From a virus, in IMG/VR virus record IMGVR_UViG_3300017765_000001, positions 46,338 through 110,337 of that record: a stretch of 64,000 nucleotides of DNA; one strand, 5' to 3'. Shown here one piece after another: positions 62,182 through 64,000 of this stretch; within the stretch, counting starts at the first letter, position 1; each line of letters begins with the position of its first letter. A model generated the notes under the pieces. The model was given only the letters and a program-made list of their open reading frames with translations. It did not search any database and had not been told where the DNA came from. A program made the translations under genes and the position numbers.

Positions 62182-63309
62182 TCAGAGAGATTCAATAATT
62201 TTTAAGATTTCAGTCTCAGAAAACTTACCAGATGCCTCTAGTTGTTCTTTCATTCCTTGCTTTGCTTTTGCTGCTTTATTCTTAGCTTCAATTTCCTTAT
62301 TCTGTCTCATGATATCTTTGATGCTACCAGAGATACCAGTAAATCCTGCTTTGGAAGGATCAGTTTGCTTCTTGGAATCATCCTTATAACCACCTGCAGT
62401 ATAGGCAGCCATTCTATTCTCACCCAACTTCATATCTTCTTTGTTAAGTTGTTTGGTGATCTCATTAGATTTTTTCATTGCCTTCTGACCAGCAGATGAA
62501 TTCATGCCTGAACTAGCCATCTGTCTTCCAAGATTGCCTGCCATTCTCATCTTTGCAACCTTGGATTTCTGCATCACTCTATCTTTTGCCTCACTCGCTG
62601 GCTTATTAGGACCATCATATGCCATAGCACCCTTCTGCATTCTTGGTGCTTGCATTCCTTCACTCATCTTCTTATCTTTAGCAGCCTTCTTCATGGACTC
62701 CTTCTTATCACCATCTTTGTCAAGATCAAGGAAGTCAGGTTTACCACCACCCTTAGAATCAGACTTATCTTCTCCCTTGGAGTGTCCCTTACCTTTCTTC
62801 TCCATGTACTTTTTCAGACCTTCAGGCATCTTGCCTTCAATCATTGAAAGCAATCCAGATTTAACAGCAGCAACCTCATCAGCAACACTGGTGCCATGTG
62901 CTCTTTGTACTCTCTTTTCCTGATTGAATCTTACAGACCAGGTTTCTTGCAGTTTCTTATTATTTCTATATCTTGCAAATGACTCAAGTGCAACATCTGT
63001 AGACTTTGACTTAATTCTCTTGAATGCTTCAGCAAAGGCATCAAGGATTCTTTCTGCTTTCTTCTGTCTGCCAACAATTTCAGTTTCAGAGAAGAGTTCT
63101 GAGATGATAAATTCTGCATCAGATACAGAGGCACCTTCAGAAAAAAGATGCTCACAAATCTGCTCAGAGATCTCTCTCAGATCATTATCTGTGAGTCTGC
63201 CAATATTCATTGAGCTGAGTTCATCTTGATTCTTATAGAACTCATCTCTAACTTCTTTATTATGGACAGCTTCATAAGCTTCCATAAAGTTACGCATAGA
63301 TGCAGACAT
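62182..63309 (-). CDS. Charged modular protein with DxDxDG loop, possible internal head protein
   Basis: PDFLDLDKDGDKKESMKKAAKD; many x-x-E junctions; late promoter TATAAATA 63336-63343. Confidence 0.7.
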   Translation of the reverse strand: MSASMRNFMEAYEAVHNKEVRDEFYKNQDELSSMNIGRLTDNDLREISEQICEHLFSEGASVSDAEFIISELFSETEIVGRQKKAERILDAFAEAFKRIKSKSTDVALESFARYRNNKKLQETWSVRFNQEKRVQRAHGTSVADEVAAVKSGLLSMIEGKMPEGLKKYMEKKGKGHSKGEDKSDSKGGGKPDFLDLDKDGDKKESMKKAAKDKKMSEGMQAPRMQKGAMAYDGPNKPASEAKDRVMQKSKVAKMRMAGNLGRQMASSGMNSSAGQKAMKKSNEITKQLNKEDMKLGENRMAAYTAGGYKDDSKKQTDPSKAGFTGISGSIKDIMRQNKEIEAKNKAAKAKQGMKEQLEASGKFSETEILKIIESL

Positions 63310-63321
63310 GCTACTGATATA

Positions 63322-63528
63322 CTATTCCTTAGTTCTATTTATAGAATTTAGAAAATCTCTTTCATTCTGATATATTGAGGAGGGATTGAAATAAATTTCA
63401 ATACCCTCTCTTACACCTGGTATCAACCATTGATCAACTCTATAGCAATATTTCCAATTGACAGGTTGTATACAATTCATCACAACAACTGACCAAAAAG
63501 CAGTCAAGTGATTCACAAGTGTAAGCAT
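63322..63528 (-). CDS. Hypothetical protein
   Basis: AFWSVVVMNCIQPVNWKYC..VDQWL. Confidence 0.6.
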   Translation of the reverse strand: MLTLVNHLTAFWSVVVMNCIQPVNWKYCYRVDQWLIPGVREGIEIYFNPSSIYQNERDFLNSINRTKE

Positions 63529-63767
63529 TACAATTTACCACCTACATATGCATCTCCTATCACTCTAGTATATTGATCTAGTGTTCCCTCCTGTTCACAC
63601 TTCAGTCTCCATCTTGTCATACCAATGACATCTTCTTTCTTAAGACCTGTTGTCATTTTACGACCTTGTTTAGACATACTTGAGTAGAGTCCCAATCTTG
63701 TCTTCCACACATAAAAGACTTCATCAATTAGTTCAGCACCATCAGGCACCTTTACATCATTGTTCAT
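63528..63767 (-). CDS. Hypothetical protein
   Basis: IDEVFYVWKTR...MTRWRLKCEQEG...VGGKL. Confidence 0.65.
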   Translation of the reverse strand: MNNDVKVPDGAELIDEVFYVWKTRLGLYSSMSKQGRKMTTGLKKEDVIGMTRWRLKCEQEGTLDQYTRVIGDAYVGGKL

Positions 63768-63981
63768 CTGATTCTGTGTCTTTGTCATCTTTCTTGTTGA
63801 ATCCAAAAGGTCCTTCTTTCTTTTCTAATGCAAGTTTAAGTGCAAGTCCACCAACTGCTTCCATAACTTTGAGAACTTGTTCTGGTTTTGCATCCTCACC
63901 AAGTTCTTTAGCCACATACCAATACTTAGGCCAGAATGTTTCTCCAGCCTTTTGATAATCTTCAAGTGTAAGTAATTTCAT
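63757..63981 (-). CDS. Conserved cyanophage hypothetical protein
   Basis: YQKAGETFWPKYWYVAKELG...LKVMEAVG. Confidence 0.7.
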   Translation of the reverse strand: MKLLTLEDYQKAGETFWPKYWYVAKELGEDAKPEQVLKVMEAVGGLALKLALEKKEGPFGFNKKDDKDTESDEQ

Positions 63982-64000
63982 AGATCTCCTTCTTTACGAT

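Overview
64 kb of a T4-like cyanophage (marine Synechococcus-type myovirus), about 35-40% GC by eye and mostly coded on the minus strand. Left to right: baseplate/head genes (gp26, gp54-like, gp4, gp2-like, gp48, gp53); replication/late-transcription core (gp32, gp59, gp33, exonuclease, phoH, thyX); a glutamine-riboswitch-like/DUF4278 micro-operon; speD and glutaredoxin; an auxiliary-metabolism island (psbD, psbA, petF, zwf, gnd, PTOX, petE, two hli, a small outer-membrane protein) packed with membrane micro-ORFs; a ~16 kb glycan-biosynthesis operon (epimerases, heptose pathway, four fucosyltransferase-fold proteins, other glycosyl- and methyltransferases) behind a wcaG-like RNA; talC and 9 tRNAs; a GIY-YIG nuclease, nrdB, nrdA, primase; and late genes resembling head-packaged internal proteins plus a DNA methyltransferase beside a putative nuclease. 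Best candidates for undescribed biology: (1) an NtcA-like box plus an interlocked double glutamine-aptamer-like RNA carrying a whole 53-codon ORF inside one stem and leading into two DUF4278-like genes; (2) a late-promoter pair of AA/AA-bulged hairpins with a shared CAAUUACU loop, possibly an antitoxin-mimic RNA; (3) a hybrid NDP-heptose pathway that phage pentose-phosphate genes could feed. Two genes carry single in-frame stops and several AMGs have odd substitutions, so consensus errors cannot be excluded. All assignments come from motif recognition by eye; no searches were run.
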